Shown: positions 49,240-59,614, counted from the stretch's first letter. The stretch is DNA of 64,000 bases from a bacterium (GCA_965213685.1 CBDBZY010000005.1:27904-91903); one strand, 5' to 3'. Made by a program: numbers and translations. Notes: generated from the letters alone by a model not told the origin.

Positions 49240-50146
49240 GAATCAATCTTTCCATCGTTGCTTGAATCATCGGCACGGGAACCGCGTTTCCGGCCTGCTT
49301 GCGCGCCTGCGCGTCCGAATCGGCCAAATGGAATGAATCGGGGAACCCTTGAAGGCGAAACATTTCACGCGGAGTAAGTCGCCGTTCGCCATCTACGAGC
49401 AAGTAGTTATAGCTCGCTCCGGCCCTTAGAGCGCACGAGAAAGGATGACTTGATATGTTGCCCCCCTTATTCTCATGCCAAATTGAAGGATGGAATTTGG
49501 ATTTATGTCGAGCTTGACGGGAGCGGCGGATGCGTTCAGATACGAAATGCTTCTTATCAGGCGCCTTCTCCAGGACTGAAGACAGGGGCGTCCGTAACAT
49601 AGGAGCGGGCCAGTCGAAATCTTCCAGTCCGCCCAAGGCCGCGACTATCAAAACTCGCTCTCTTTTTTGCGGCAATCCATAGTCAAGAGCATTTAAGACG
49701 CGCCAGCGCGTATCGTAGCCGAGCAATTCCAGCGTCGTGAGAATATAGCCCATAATTTGTCCATTTGACGCCGTAGCGAGTTGACGGACGTTTTCGAGCA
49801 ACACGGCGGCGGGTCGCTTCTCGGCAATAATTCGCGCAATTTCGAGAAAAAGAAATCCTCGCTTTTCCCGGAATCCCTCGCGCTTTCCGATAATGGAAAA
49901 CGGCTGGCAGGGAAAACCCGCGCAAAGCAGATCATGATCAGGGACTTTGCAGGCGGGGACTAAGGATATATCGCCCTCGGGAGATATTCCGAAATTACGC
50001 TCATAAACAGCTCGGCAATTCGCGTCAATATCGCAGGCGAAGACGCACTCCATGTCCAGTGCGGTAGCAGCCAGATGAAAACCACCTACTCCGCAAAACA
50101 GATCAGCGAATTTCAGGGATTGACTAGCCACCCGCAACATTTCCAA
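49214..50146 (-). CDS. DNA (cytosine-5)-methyltransferase
   Basis: DLFCGVGG, GFPCQPFS, ENV, PQKRER, RLTPRE...LQGFP, GNAV. Confidence 0.95.
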   Translation of the reverse strand: MEMLRVASQSLKFADLFCGVGGFHLAATALDMECVFACDIDANCRAVYERNFGISPEGDISLVPACKVPDHDLLCAGFPCQPFSIIGKREGFREKRGFLFLEIARIIAEKRPAAVLLENVRQLATASNGQIMGYILTTLELLGYDTRWRVLNALDYGLPQKRERVLIVAALGGLEDFDWPAPMLRTPLSSVLEKAPDKKHFVSERIRRSRQARHKSKFHPSIWHENKGGNISSHPFSCALRAGASYNYLLVDGERRLTPREMFRLQGFPDSFHLADSDAQARKQAGNAVPVPMIQATMERLIHAFAEIAR

Positions 50147-50293
50147 AAGAGAGGGGCGGATTCGATCAGGCTATTCTTACATGCAGTTCTCATCCTCGTT
50201 GTATTCGTCCCAAAGCCCCTAGGCTGTTTGCGTCATTCCAGCAAATTGCGATTTCTCCATGGTATCCTACGGAATGGACGAAGACAAGCCCCC

Positions 50294-51367
50294 TTACCCC
50301 CGGATCGGCTCGATCACGCTCAGGGTCTGCGCACCGGGGGTGGGTATCCACATCGATTTCTGGCCCTCGCCGCCCGCCACGATGAGGATGAGGGCGTCCG
50401 CGCGGGCGAGGATGGGCACGGCGGCCTCCGGGTCCGTCCTGTCCACCCAGACGGGGAACGCGGGGCCCTTGGACTTGCCCCGCACCCCCACGTGCTTCCA
50501 GGGCTTGCGCGCCCGCTCGAAGAGGTAGCGCTTGACGTCCGCCTTGCGCCACCCCGCCCGCGCGATATGCGCCGCGTGCTCGGGGGCCATGACGAGCACG
50601 GGCTCCCCCTGGGAGGAGAGGTTGTTCCCGCCGAGCGTCGCCATCGAGTCCGCGTAGCCGAAGAGCAGGGCGTGGGGGTCGGTGTTGTAGTTGTCCGTGA
50701 TGCAGTGGGGCGCCTCGCCGCACACCAGCGTCACCGTGCTGTCCTCCGGCGGGAAGCCACGCTCCACGTGGTACGGCTCCCAGGGGTTCGCCTCCTCGTT
50801 CTCGGCGATGCAGCAGGTGTATTTTCCGGGGTGGGCGTGCTGGGCGCGGTCCAACTCGCCGGGCACAGCCCCGCCCAGGTTGATGAGGCAGAGCCTGAGG
50901 GCGCGGCCAATCGTCGCGTTCGCCCGCCAGCCGGGGCCGAACAGGCCCGAGCCGCAGTTGATGCGGAGACGCTTCGCGATGGGGCCGTTCACGATGATGA
51001 GCGCAGTGGCGGGGTGCGTCGTCGTCTGCCGGTGGCTCAGGCCGTAGCGCGGCCTGGTGACGGCGCGGAGGGAGGCGACGACGACCGGCAGGTATTCCGG
51101 CGCGCAGCCGGCCATCACGGCGTTCACCGCTATCGCGCGCGCCGTCGCCACTCCCATGAGGGGCGGCACCTCGGCTATCTCCGCATCCGGCGCGCCCGCC
51201 CATCCTGCGAGCATGTTCTCCACGCGCCCCCGCGTGGGCGGCACGATGGGCAGGCCGTCCGTCCAGCCGCGCTCGTAGAACCAGGCGTTCACCTCCTCCA
51301 GGGAACCGGAGAGCGGCAACGCCCGCCGACCCGCCTCGGGGAGGGGTTCCTCGACGTTTTCAGCCAC
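50294..51367 (-). CDS. Conserved hypothetical protein of the family usually adjacent or fused to UGSC selenoproteins
   Basis: GTG 51367 after GGGGAGG; WTDGLPIVPPT, AVNAVMAGC, RANATIGRALRL, IAENEE, PWEPYHVERG. Confidence 0.75.
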   Translation of the reverse strand: MAENVEEPLPEAGRRALPLSGSLEEVNAWFYERGWTDGLPIVPPTRGRVENMLAGWAGAPDAEIAEVPPLMGVATARAIAVNAVMAGCAPEYLPVVVASLRAVTRPRYGLSHRQTTTHPATALIIVNGPIAKRLRINCGSGLFGPGWRANATIGRALRLCLINLGGAVPGELDRAQHAHPGKYTCCIAENEEANPWEPYHVERGFPPEDSTVTLVCGEAPHCITDNYNTDPHALLFGYADSMATLGGNNLSSQGEPVLVMAPEHAAHIARAGWRKADVKRYLFERARKPWKHVGVRGKSKGPAFPVWVDRTDPEAAVPILARADALILIVAGGEGQKSMWIPTPGAQTLSVIEPIRG

Positions 51368-51381
51368 GGGCCGCCTCCCCC

Positions 51382-51999
51382 TTATTTTGGACAAAGATGG
51401 CGGGGGCCCATGAACCTCTTCTCCCCGTATTCGGCCTGCAGCGCGCGGGCGTCGCCCGTGAGCGCGCGGAGAACCTCCCCCACGACGGCGTCCGCCTTGG
51501 GGTGCGCATCCTCCCTCGCGGGCGCGGCCAGGGGATGCTCCATCTCGACGACGGGCAGGCCGCGATAGCCCTGCCTTTGCGCTATCGCCCGGGCGCTGTG
51601 GCTGAAGCCGCGGCTCACGATGACGCAGGCGGGGCTGCCCATCCGCTCCAGCGAGACTGCGTCGCGGACACTCCACAACGTGGAGGAGCCTCAGTGGCCC
51701 ACGCCGACGAGAACCGCGTCGCAGCGCGCGCGCAACTCCTCCAGAATCGCGGGCGACGCCGGCTGGGCGAGGTGATGCTTCCGCCTCTGGACGACCTCGC
51801 GGATGCCGACGCTGGCCCGCAGACGGTCGCGCACCCGATCCAGCACCCAGTCGGAGAACTCCTTGTTGTTCTCGAGCACCCCGAGGACGGCGCCCGCAAG
51901 CGTCGCGGGCCTTGCGCGCAAGGCCGCCTCCGCCATTCTGGGAACGCCGGCGGGAGAGATGAGCTCCCCATACCTCTCCTCGCCCGTGTCCGCGCTCAT
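51382..51999 (-). CDS. UGSC-family selenoprotein, 205 aa, in-frame TGA (Sec) at 51693-51691, motif U-G-S-S
   Basis: ORFs 51691..51999 and 51382..51678 are in the same frame and separated by one TGA: ...AVLVGVGH-U-GSSTLWSVRDAVSLERMG.... selA and selB are in the window; a hairpin follows the TGA. Confidence 0.85.
51666..51690 (-). promoter_or_regulatory. Candidate SECIS hairpin
   Basis: Directly 3' of the UGA: GGC-UC-CUCCAC-GUU-GUGGAG-U-GUC; apical loop begins with G. Confidence 0.45.
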
Positions 52000-52026
52000 G
52001 CAGCCTCCCGGAAATGACCGCGCGTC

Positions 52027-52833
52027 CTATTTTCCCGTGAAGACGGGCTTTCGCTTCTCCATGAACGCCGTGCGGCCCTCCCTGTAGTCCGCGCTGTCGA
52101 AGCACTCCTGCGAGAGCCTGGCGATCATCCCGAAATCGCGGTCCGCTCCGTCCTTCACCACCTCGCCGATGGTGAGCTTGGACGCCTTGACGGAGAGCGG
52201 CGCGTTGTTCGCGATGGCGGCGGCCATCTCGACGGCGGCGTCCTCGAGGGCGTCGGCGGGCCAGACGCCGTTGACCAGCCCGATCTCGAGCGCGTCCGCC
52301 GCCGGGATGCGCCGGGCCGTGAAGAGAATCTCCTTCGCCTTCGCCGGCCCCACCAAATCGACGAGCTGCTTGAGGCTGTCGAAGCCATAGGCGATGCCGA
52401 GGCGACCGGCCGGGATGCCGAATTGCGCGTCATCGGAGGCCAGGCGGATGTCGGCCTGCAGGGCGACCCCCAGGCCGCCGCCCAGGCAATAGCCCCGAAT
52501 CATGGCGATCAGCGGCTTTTTCATGCCCGCCATGACGCGCTTGGCCTCCTCGGAAATCCGCGTGTATTCGGCGGCCTGCGCGGCGTTGCTCCTGTTTTTG
52601 GCGAACTGGGATATGTCCGCCCCCGAGACGAAGGCCTTCTCGCCCGCACCCCGCATCACCACGACGCGGACAGCGTCATCCTCCTCGAAGCCCCGAAGTA
52701 TCTCGGCCATCCCCCCCCACATCTCGAGGGAGAGCGCGTTTCTGCGCTCCGGGTTGTTGAATATCATCCAGCCCACTCCCGCATTCGTCTCGCACGTCAT
52801 CTTCTGTGTCGATAACCGCATTCCACGCTCCAT
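52027..52833 (-). CDS. Enoyl-CoA hydratase/isomerase
   Basis: NPERRNAL, AFVSGADI, GYCLGGG, DYREGRTAFMEKRKPVF. Confidence 0.93.
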   Translation of the reverse strand: MERGMRLSTQKMTCETNAGVGWMIFNNPERRNALSLEMWGGMAEILRGFEEDDAVRVVVMRGAGEKAFVSGADISQFAKNRSNAAQAAEYTRISEEAKRVMAGMKKPLIAMIRGYCLGGGLGVALQADIRLASDDAQFGIPAGRLGIAYGFDSLKQLVDLVGPAKAKEILFTARRIPAADALEIGLVNGVWPADALEDAAVEMAAAIANNAPLSVKASKLTIGEVVKDGADRDFGMIARLSQECFDSADYREGRTAFMEKRKPVFTGK

Positions 52834-52878
52834 CCGTTGCGCCCCCCCCTCCCCCGCGAGAGGGGGGACAGCTCCCGC

Positions 52879-54067
52879 TCAGACGATGCCCGCGTCCCGC
52901 AACTGTCCGATTCGCCCCGCATCGTAGCCCATTTCCCGCAAAATCTCCTCCGTATGCGCACCCAGCCCAGGGGTCGCGTTCCGCATCCTCTGCGGCGTGC
53001 GCGTCAGCTTCACCGCCTGGCCCACCACCCGGATCGGCCCCATCTTGGGATGTGGAACCTCCGGGCTCATGTTCAGCCCCCGTACCTGGGGGTCGGCGAA
53101 CGTCTCCTCCACCGTGTAGATGGGCCCGCAGGGGATCCCCGCCTCGTTGAGGATGTCGATCCACTCCGCGCAGGGCTTCGTTCGCGTTCGGCGGGCGATG
53201 GTTTCGTGCAACGCCTCGCGGTTCTCGTAGCGCCTCGAGAGGGTCGCGTAATCCGGGTGCCCGATGAGCTCCGGGAGGCCGAGCGCGACCGCGAGCCTCT
53301 CCCAGAGATGCTGGGGGCCGGACTGGATGTTGATCCGCCCGTCCGCCGTCTCGAAAACCCCCGCCGGCAGGAAGGTGGGGTGGTTGTTCCCCTGCTGGCC
53401 GGGCACCTCGCCGGACTGGAGATACCTGGCGGCCTGGAAGTCCATCATCTGAATCTGGGCCTCGAGCAACGAGGTGTGCACCCACTGCCCCTCGCCCGAG
53501 ACCTCCCGCTCCAGCAGGGCGATGAGAAGCCCCTGTGCGAGCATGAAGCCGGCGGAGAGGTCGGCTATCGGGATGCCCACGCGCATGGGGCCTTCCCCCG
53601 GTTTTCCGGTGACGGACATGAGGCCGCTCAACCCCTGGGCGAATCTGATCGAGGCCCGGGCGCTTGCGGTAAGGGCCCTCCTGCCCGAACCCCGATATGC
53701 TGCCGTAGACGATCCGCGGGTTGACCTTGCGGCACGACTCGTAATCGACGCCGAGGCGGTGCTTCACGTCGGGCCGGTAGTTCTCGACGATGAGGTCGGC
53801 GCCTTTCACCATTCGGAAGAATATCTCGCGTCCCTCCTCCTCCTTGAGGTTCAGCGACATGCTCCTTTTGTTGCGGTGAAGGTTTTGCGCCTCGTAGCCG
53901 TGTCGGGGACTCGCCATGTTGTCCGAACGCCCGCTCGCGGGGGGCGCTTCTATCTTGACGACGTCCGCCCCCCAGTCGGCGAACTGCCGAACCGCCGTGG
54001 GGCCGGCGCGCGCGCGGGTCAGGTCAAGCATCCGGAAGCGGGAAAGAGGCAGGGAATGGTCCGACAC
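52879..54067 (-). pseudogene. CaiB/BaiF class III CoA-transferase with a 1-nt insertion at ~53643
   Basis: The N-half (DWGADVVKIE, HRNKRS, ENYRP, SISGFGQ) and C-half (SGLMSVTG, PCGPI) are in different frames. Removing one base from ATTCGCC restores DQIAQGLSGLMS. Confidence 0.85.
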
Positions 54068-54347
54068 GAGCCAGGCTCCTCCAGCAGAGAATGATGAGTC
54101 CGGGGCGCGAGAGATTCTGGGCCTTCTAAGGTATCAAAATTCCGACGCCTTGCGCAGTCTCGACCGGGAGAAGCGGGCGTCTTCCGCAACAGAGCCCGCG
54201 CCCGCGCGACCCCGGGCGATGCGGACGGGCGCGCCGTGCGGCCGCCGGCTCAAAGACGGCCGCCCCGTGAAGCGAAAGGGGGGGAGGGAGCACGGAGGAT
54301 GGGGCGTCCGGCGTTCGCCGCACCATGGAGGAGGGGGGGGCGTTCTG

Positions 54348-54424
54348 TGGTCGGGGCGAGAGGATTTGAACCTCCGGCTTCCTGCTCCCAAAGCAGGCGC
54401 GCTACCAGGCTGCGCCACGCCCCG
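54348..54424 (-). tRNA. tRNA-Pro(TGG)
   Basis: CGGGGCGTGGCGCAGCCTGGTAGCGCGCCTGCTTTGGGAGCAGGAAGCCGGAGGTTCAAATCCTCTCGCCCCGACCA; 77 nt, CCA encoded. Confidence 0.97.
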
Positions 54425-54531
54425 AAAGGCTCCGCGCCCAGCGTAGCACAACCGAACCTCGTCCCGTAATCGCGGGAGGGGGAGAGGAGAGAGAGAACCG
54501 AGAGGGCGCGCGGGCGCGGCCCGCCGCAAGA

Positions 54532-56781
54532 TCAGGCGGGCGCGGGCGCCGCCGTTGGCCCGTTACGCCGGCTCCGTTGATACGCATACAGCCCGGCGAA
54601 GAGCACCAGCGCCAAAAGCTGCACCACGGGGCGCGAGCCGCCCGTTATCCCCGTGATGAGCGAGGGCCTGAAGGCCGAGACGCACACCAGCATCAGCAAC
54701 GCCCGCTCGCCCCAGTTGCAATGATCGGCGAAATAGCCCTGGAGTGCGGACGCGAAGGCGAACATCGCCGCCAGGGAGACCAGGCATACCCAGGCGATTT
54801 TCAAGATGTCGTTAATCCAGAGGATCTCGCCCTTCGGGCCGACGCCCTGCATCATCAGCAACTCCAGGTTGTAGATGAACACGAACGGCAGGACGGCGGT
54901 TCTCAGGTCGTAGACGAACCCCTGCACGCCCGTCTGGATGGGGTCGGACTTGGCTATCGCCGAGGCGGCGAACGCGGCGAGCCCCACCGGGGGCGTGTCA
55001 TCGGCCAGGATGCCGAAATAGAAGACGAACAGGTGGGCCGCGAGGAGGGGAACGACCAGGCCCGCCTTGCCGCCGAGGCTCACGATGACGGGTGCGGTGA
55101 GCGTCGCCATGACGATGTAGTTCGCCGTCGTGGGCAGCCCCATCCCCAGGACGAGGGAACACACCGCGGTGAGCAGGAGCATGAGCACCACGTTGCCCAG
55201 GGAGACGATCTCGATCAGCTCGATGAACCGGCCGCTCAGCCCCGTGAGCGTGACGGTGCCGACGATGATGCCCGCGGCCGCAGTCGCCACGCCGATGCCC
55301 ATCATGTTCTTGGCCCCCGCCATCAGCCCCTGCCACACGTCGCCGAAGCTGCGCCCGAAGCCATCGAGCACCCCATTCCACAGGCGCGTTTCGAGCTCCT
55401 GGAAATGCGCCTCGCCGAACAGCTCGCGCAGGTGGGCGACCCCCGTCTCCCTTTTCATGTCGCGGAGGATGAGGATGGTGTTCTCCATGGGCCGCTGGAT
55501 GACGATGATCGCCATGGTCAGCAGGATGGCGTTGAACGCGGACGCCACGGCCGACATGCGCAGGATGACCAGGGTATAGATGAGCGCGAGGATGGGAACG
55601 ACGTAATGGATGCCGCCTATGAGCGTGCTCCAGAAGGAGGGGAGCTCATCCGCCTCGAGCGGCCGCAGGTTGAGCTTGAGCGCCTCGAGATGCACCACGT
55701 AGAAAAGGGCGATGTAGGAGAGCAGCGCCGGCAGTATGGCGGCGCGCACCACGTCGAGATACGCGAGGCCCAAGAACTCCGCCATGATGAACGCGGCGGC
55801 GCCCATCACCGGCGGCATGAGCTGCCCGTTCGTGCTCGCGCCCACTTCCACGGCGCCCGCCTTGTAGGGCGGCAGGCCGACCTTCTTCATCAGCGGAATC
55901 GTGAAGGTTCCCGTCGTCGCCACGTTCGCGATGGAGGAGCCCGAGACGAGGCCGGTCATGCCCGAGGCGACCACCGCCGCCTTGGCGGGTCCGCCGCGAA
56001 AGCGGCCAAGCGCCGCGAAGGCCACCTGGACGAAGTAGTTCGCCGCCCCCGCCTTGTCGAGCAGCGAGCCGAACAGAACGAAGAGGAACACGAAGCTCGT
56101 GGACACGCCGATGGGCACGCCCCAGATGCCGCTGTCGCTCAGATACATGTGGTCCACGACGAATTCGAGCGGAATGCCCGGATGCGCGATGAAAGAGGGC
56201 ATGTAGGGGCCCACGAAGCAGTAGAGCAGAAAGAGGATGGCGAGAATCGGCAGCGCGGGGCCGAGCGCCCGCCGCGCGGCCTCGAGCAGGAGAACCACCA
56301 GAATCGTTCCCACGATGACGTCGCGCTGGATGGGAAGACCCGAACGCTGGATGATGTTCACGTAGTCCAGGGCCATATACAGCGCGCCCAACCCCGCGAG
56401 GAGGGCGAGGAGGTAGTCGTACCAGGGGATGACCTCCCGCGTGGATCGCTCGATGCGCATGAAGCCGGGGAAAACCTGGAGGGATACGCGCTGAATCCAG
56501 CCCTCGCCCGGCTTTTTCGTCCCCGGGAAGGCGAGATAGACCATGGTGATGGCGAAGGTGAGGTGAATGCTTCTGGCGATGATGGAGTTCATCGGAGTGT
56601 AGGCGATGAAGAGCTGGAACAGGGACCAGGACATCGCCAACACGGAGACGAGCCAAGCCGTCATGTTTTTGGGGCTTCTGCCGCCGGATTCCGCCTCGGC
56701 GGCGATCTCCTCCGCCGCTCGCCTCGACTCCTCATCCAGATCCGCGTTCAAGGCGTTCGCGGGATCATGCGGTCCGCTCAT
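54532..56781 (-). CDS. TRAP transporter fused 4TM/12TM permease (TAXI type)
   Basis: GGPAKAAV, SGSSIANV, GQLMPPVMGAAAFIMAE, LGMGLPTTANY, TPPVGLAA. Confidence 0.93.
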   Translation of the reverse strand: MSGPHDPANALNADLDEESRRAAEEIAAEAESGGRSPKNMTAWLVSVLAMSWSLFQLFIAYTPMNSIIARSIHLTFAITMVYLAFPGTKKPGEGWIQRVSLQVFPGFMRIERSTREVIPWYDYLLALLAGLGALYMALDYVNIIQRSGLPIQRDVIVGTILVVLLLEAARRALGPALPILAILFLLYCFVGPYMPSFIAHPGIPLEFVVDHMYLSDSGIWGVPIGVSTSFVFLFVLFGSLLDKAGAANYFVQVAFAALGRFRGGPAKAAVVASGMTGLVSGSSIANVATTGTFTIPLMKKVGLPPYKAGAVEVGASTNGQLMPPVMGAAAFIMAEFLGLAYLDVVRAAILPALLSYIALFYVVHLEALKLNLRPLEADELPSFWSTLIGGIHYVVPILALIYTLVILRMSAVASAFNAILLTMAIIVIQRPMENTILILRDMKRETGVAHLRELFGEAHFQELETRLWNGVLDGFGRSFGDVWQGLMAGAKNMMGIGVATAAAGIIVGTVTLTGLSGRFIELIEIVSLGNVVLMLLLTAVCSLVLGMGLPTTANYIVMATLTAPVIVSLGGKAGLVVPLLAAHLFVFYFGILADDTPPVGLAAFAASAIAKSDPIQTGVQGFVYDLRTAVLPFVFIYNLELLMMQGVGPKGEILWINDILKIAWVCLVSLAAMFAFASALQGYFADHCNWGERALLMLVCVSAFRPSLITGITGGSRPVVQLLALVLFAGLYAYQRSRRNGPTAAPAPA

Positions 56782-56932
56782 TCACCCCCGCCCCCAAATG
56801 ATTTCTTCCGAATCTCACGCGCAAGCACAAAATCAAGATACCAGAGAAAAAACGCAACGCATAAAGCCAAGGGGAGCCGCCGGAGCCGGAGCCGCCGCCC
56901 CCCCTGGCCTTATGCGCGCAGGTTCGACCGGA

Positions 56933-57904
56933 TTACTTCTTCATCAGGCCCTTTTCCTTGTAGTACCGCTCGGCGCCCGGATGGAAGGGAGCCGAGAGGC
57001 CCTTGAGCATGTCCTTCTCCTGCAGGAACTTGAACGCCGCGTGCGTGGTGCGGAACTGATCGAGGTTGTCAAAGATGGTCTTCACGACGTTGTAGACGAC
57101 GTCGTTGGGCTGCTTGTCGCTGGTCACGAAGGTGGCCTTCACCGCGTAGGTGGGCACATCCTTGGCGACGCCCTTGTAGACGCCGCCCGGGATGGTCGTC
57201 ATCACGTAGTAGGGCTTGCCGGCCACCAGATTCATGATGCCCGCCGAGTTCACGGGAATCATGCGGATCGCCGTGCTGTTGGATATCTCGAGGCCGCCGC
57301 CCCAGGGGTTGCCCACGGTGTAGAAGAACGCGTCGATTTTCTTGTCCACCAGCGCGCGGTTCGCCTCGTTCTGCTGCAGGCCCTCCGCCTTGATGTCCTT
57401 GTTCTGGTCGATGCCGTAGATTTTCAGGATGTCTCTCGCGTTTCCGCGCTGGCCGGAGCCGGGGTTGCCGATGTTGACGCGGCGTCCCTTGATGTCGGAC
57501 ACCTTCGTGATGCCCGAATCGGCGCGCGCCACGAGCATGATGGTTTCCGCGTGAACGCTGAAGACGCTCCGCAGCCCCTTGTAGGCCTTGCCCTTCCAGT
57601 TGGCCGCGCCGTTGTAGGCCTGCCAGTTCCTGTCGGACTGCGCGACGCCGAAGTTCAGGAGTCCGCGCTTGATGGCGTTGATGTTGAACACCGAGCCGAG
57701 TGCGGGACGCCCGATGCAGTTGTAGCCCTTGCTCTTGAGGTTCTTGTTCACCAGTTTGCAGACGTTGAGCGCCACCTGATAGTAGACGCCCGTGGTGGAG
57801 CCGCCGCCGACCACCAGGAACTTTGCGGCACTGGCGGGAACCGCCGTTCCGGCCAGCGAAACGGCCACCGCAAAAGCGAACGCGAACTTCATTGCCCTTT
57901 TCAT
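56933..57904 (-). CDS. TAXI-family TRAP substrate-binding protein
   Basis: GGGSTTGVYY, GSVFNI, AQSD, IGNPGSG, PFHPGAERYY. Confidence 0.93.
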   Translation of the reverse strand: MKRAMKFAFAFAVAVSLAGTAVPASAAKFLVVGGGSTTGVYYQVALNVCKLVNKNLKSKGYNCIGRPALGSVFNINAIKRGLLNFGVAQSDRNWQAYNGAANWKGKAYKGLRSVFSVHAETIMLVARADSGITKVSDIKGRRVNIGNPGSGQRGNARDILKIYGIDQNKDIKAEGLQQNEANRALVDKKIDAFFYTVGNPWGGGLEISNSTAIRMIPVNSAGIMNLVAGKPYYVMTTIPGGVYKGVAKDVPTYAVKATFVTSDKQPNDVVYNVVKTIFDNLDQFRTTHAAFKFLQEKDMLKGLSAPFHPGAERYYKEKGLMKK

Positions 57905-58402
57905 CAGAAAATCTCCTTGCGTGTGATGAGGTTCGATAACACATTTGCCCATCGACTCCGATGGACGTCCCTTAGTTTCGTCTTAGTGTGCGCAAACGAC
58001 ATATCCCGACACCCGCCGTCGACGGCGAATCATACCGGTTTGCGGAAACCCTCAAAATGCGCCGACTCCGGTTTTCTTAGTTTCGATGGATTATCATCTT
58101 CAAGAGCGTCGTTTTTGATGCCTCCACTATAGCGAGCGGAAAACATGGATGTCAATACAATTTACAATTTTTCGTCGGGAGGCGTGAAGTGCGGCTCCCG
58201 ACCCCGCCGCCGGGCGGATGCGGGAGGACGCGCCATGCTATGCTTCGCCCCGTATTCCTGTCGTCTCCGGGCCGACGCCCCATGCCCGACGCATTCCTCC
58301 GAGACGCGCCCGGAAGGAGCGGGCGGGAACGACGCGCGCCCAGGCGCATGACTATAGGTTTTTCCGCCTCTCCTCCGCCATCGCATCGAGGGTACTCTTT
58401 AA

Positions 58403-59614
58403 ATGAGCTGGACAACGTGGGACGTCATCGTCATCGGAGGCGGCATACTCGGGCTTTCGGCCGCGATGGAGCTGACCCGCCGCCATCCCCGCCGGCGCGT
58501 CCTCGTCCTGGAGAAAGAGGCCGAGGTCGGACGCCACCAGTCGCTCCACAACAGCGGCGTGATTCACGCGGGCCTCTACTACCGCCCGGGCTCCCTCAAG
58601 GCGAAAACCTGCGTCGAGGGGGCGGCCGCCATGGTGCGCTTCGCGCGCGAGTGCGGCATCGACCACGAAATCTGCGGCAAGGTGGTCGTCGCCACGGAGG
58701 AGGCGGAAATCCCCCGGCTGGAAGAACTCCACCGCCGGGGGGTCGCCAACGGCATCGAGAACATCGCCGTCCTGGGGCCCGAGGCGCTGCGGGAGGTGGA
58801 GCCGCACGCCCGGGGCGTCCGGGCGCTCCGGGTGCCCTCCACCGGCATCATCGACTACAACGCCGTGGTGCGCGCCTACGCGCGCCTCGTCACGGAGCGG
58901 GGCCAGAGAATCCGGACGTCGGCCGAGGTAACCGGCATCGTGGACGCGGGCGGAGGAGAGAAGCGCGTCGAGACGACGGCGGGAGATTTCGGGGGCAGGC
59001 TCCTCATCAACTGCGCGGGGCTGTACGCCGACAGGGTCGCCAGGCTCGCGGGCGGGACGCCCCCCATGCAGATCGTGCCCTTTCGCGGGGAGTACTACGA
59101 ACTCACCCCCGAGCGGCGCGCGCTCGTGCGGGGGCTGATCTACCCCGTGCCCGACCCGGCGTTCCCCTTCCTCGGCGTACACTTCACCCGCCGGGTGAGC
59201 GGGGCGGTCGAGGCGGGGCCGAACGCCGTGCTGGCCTACATGCGGGAAGGCTACGTGAAGACCCACGCTGACCCGCGCGACCTGCTCGAAACCCTGACCT
59301 ACGCCGGCTTCTGGAAACTGGCCCGAAGGTACTGGAGAACGGGACTGGGCGAGATGGTGCGCTCCCTCAGCAAATCCGCCTTCACCCGCGCGCTGCAAAA
59401 ACTCCTGCCCGAGATTCGGGAGTCGGACCTCGCCCCCGCCGGCGCGGGCGTTCGCGCGCAGGCGGTGGACAGGGATGGCGGCCTGCTCGACGACTTCGCC
59501 ATCCTCCGGACCGAGGGCGCGATTCACGTGTGCAACGCCCCCTCCCCCGGGGCGACGGCGTCGTTGATGATCGGCCGGACCATCGCGGACATGGCGGACG
59601 AGATGCAACGCTGA
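58403..59614 (+). CDS. lhgO: L-2-hydroxyglutarate oxidase
   Basis: IGGGILG, HQSLHNSGVIHAGLYYRPGSLKA, PFRGEYY, IYPVPDP.FPFLGVHFT, NAPSPGATASL. Confidence 0.9.
   Translation: MSWTTWDVIVIGGGILGLSAAMELTRRHPRRRVLVLEKEAEVGRHQSLHNSGVIHAGLYYRPGSLKAKTCVEGAAAMVRFARECGIDHEICGKVVVATEEAEIPRLEELHRRGVANGIENIAVLGPEALREVEPHARGVRALRVPSTGIIDYNAVVRAYARLVTERGQRIRTSAEVTGIVDAGGGEKRVETTAGDFGGRLLINCAGLYADRVARLAGGTPPMQIVPFRGEYYELTPERRALVRGLIYPVPDPAFPFLGVHFTRRVSGAVEAGPNAVLAYMREGYVKTHADPRDLLETLTYAGFWKLARRYWRTGLGEMVRSLSKSAFTRALQKLLPEIRESDLAPAGAGVRAQAVDRDGGLLDDFAILRTEGAIHVCNAPSPGATASLMIGRTIADMADEMQR

Noticed and set aside
54348-54424. tRNA-Pro as integration site for the RM island
   Set aside because: No integrase and no duplicated tRNA 3' end were seen, and metabolic genes lie between the tRNA and the island.
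56778-56870. Short hydrophobic minus-strand frame (LALCVAFFLWYLDFVL...) overlapping the TRAP permease start
   Set aside because: Only a TTG start with no convincing RBS, about 30 codons; insufficient evidence.
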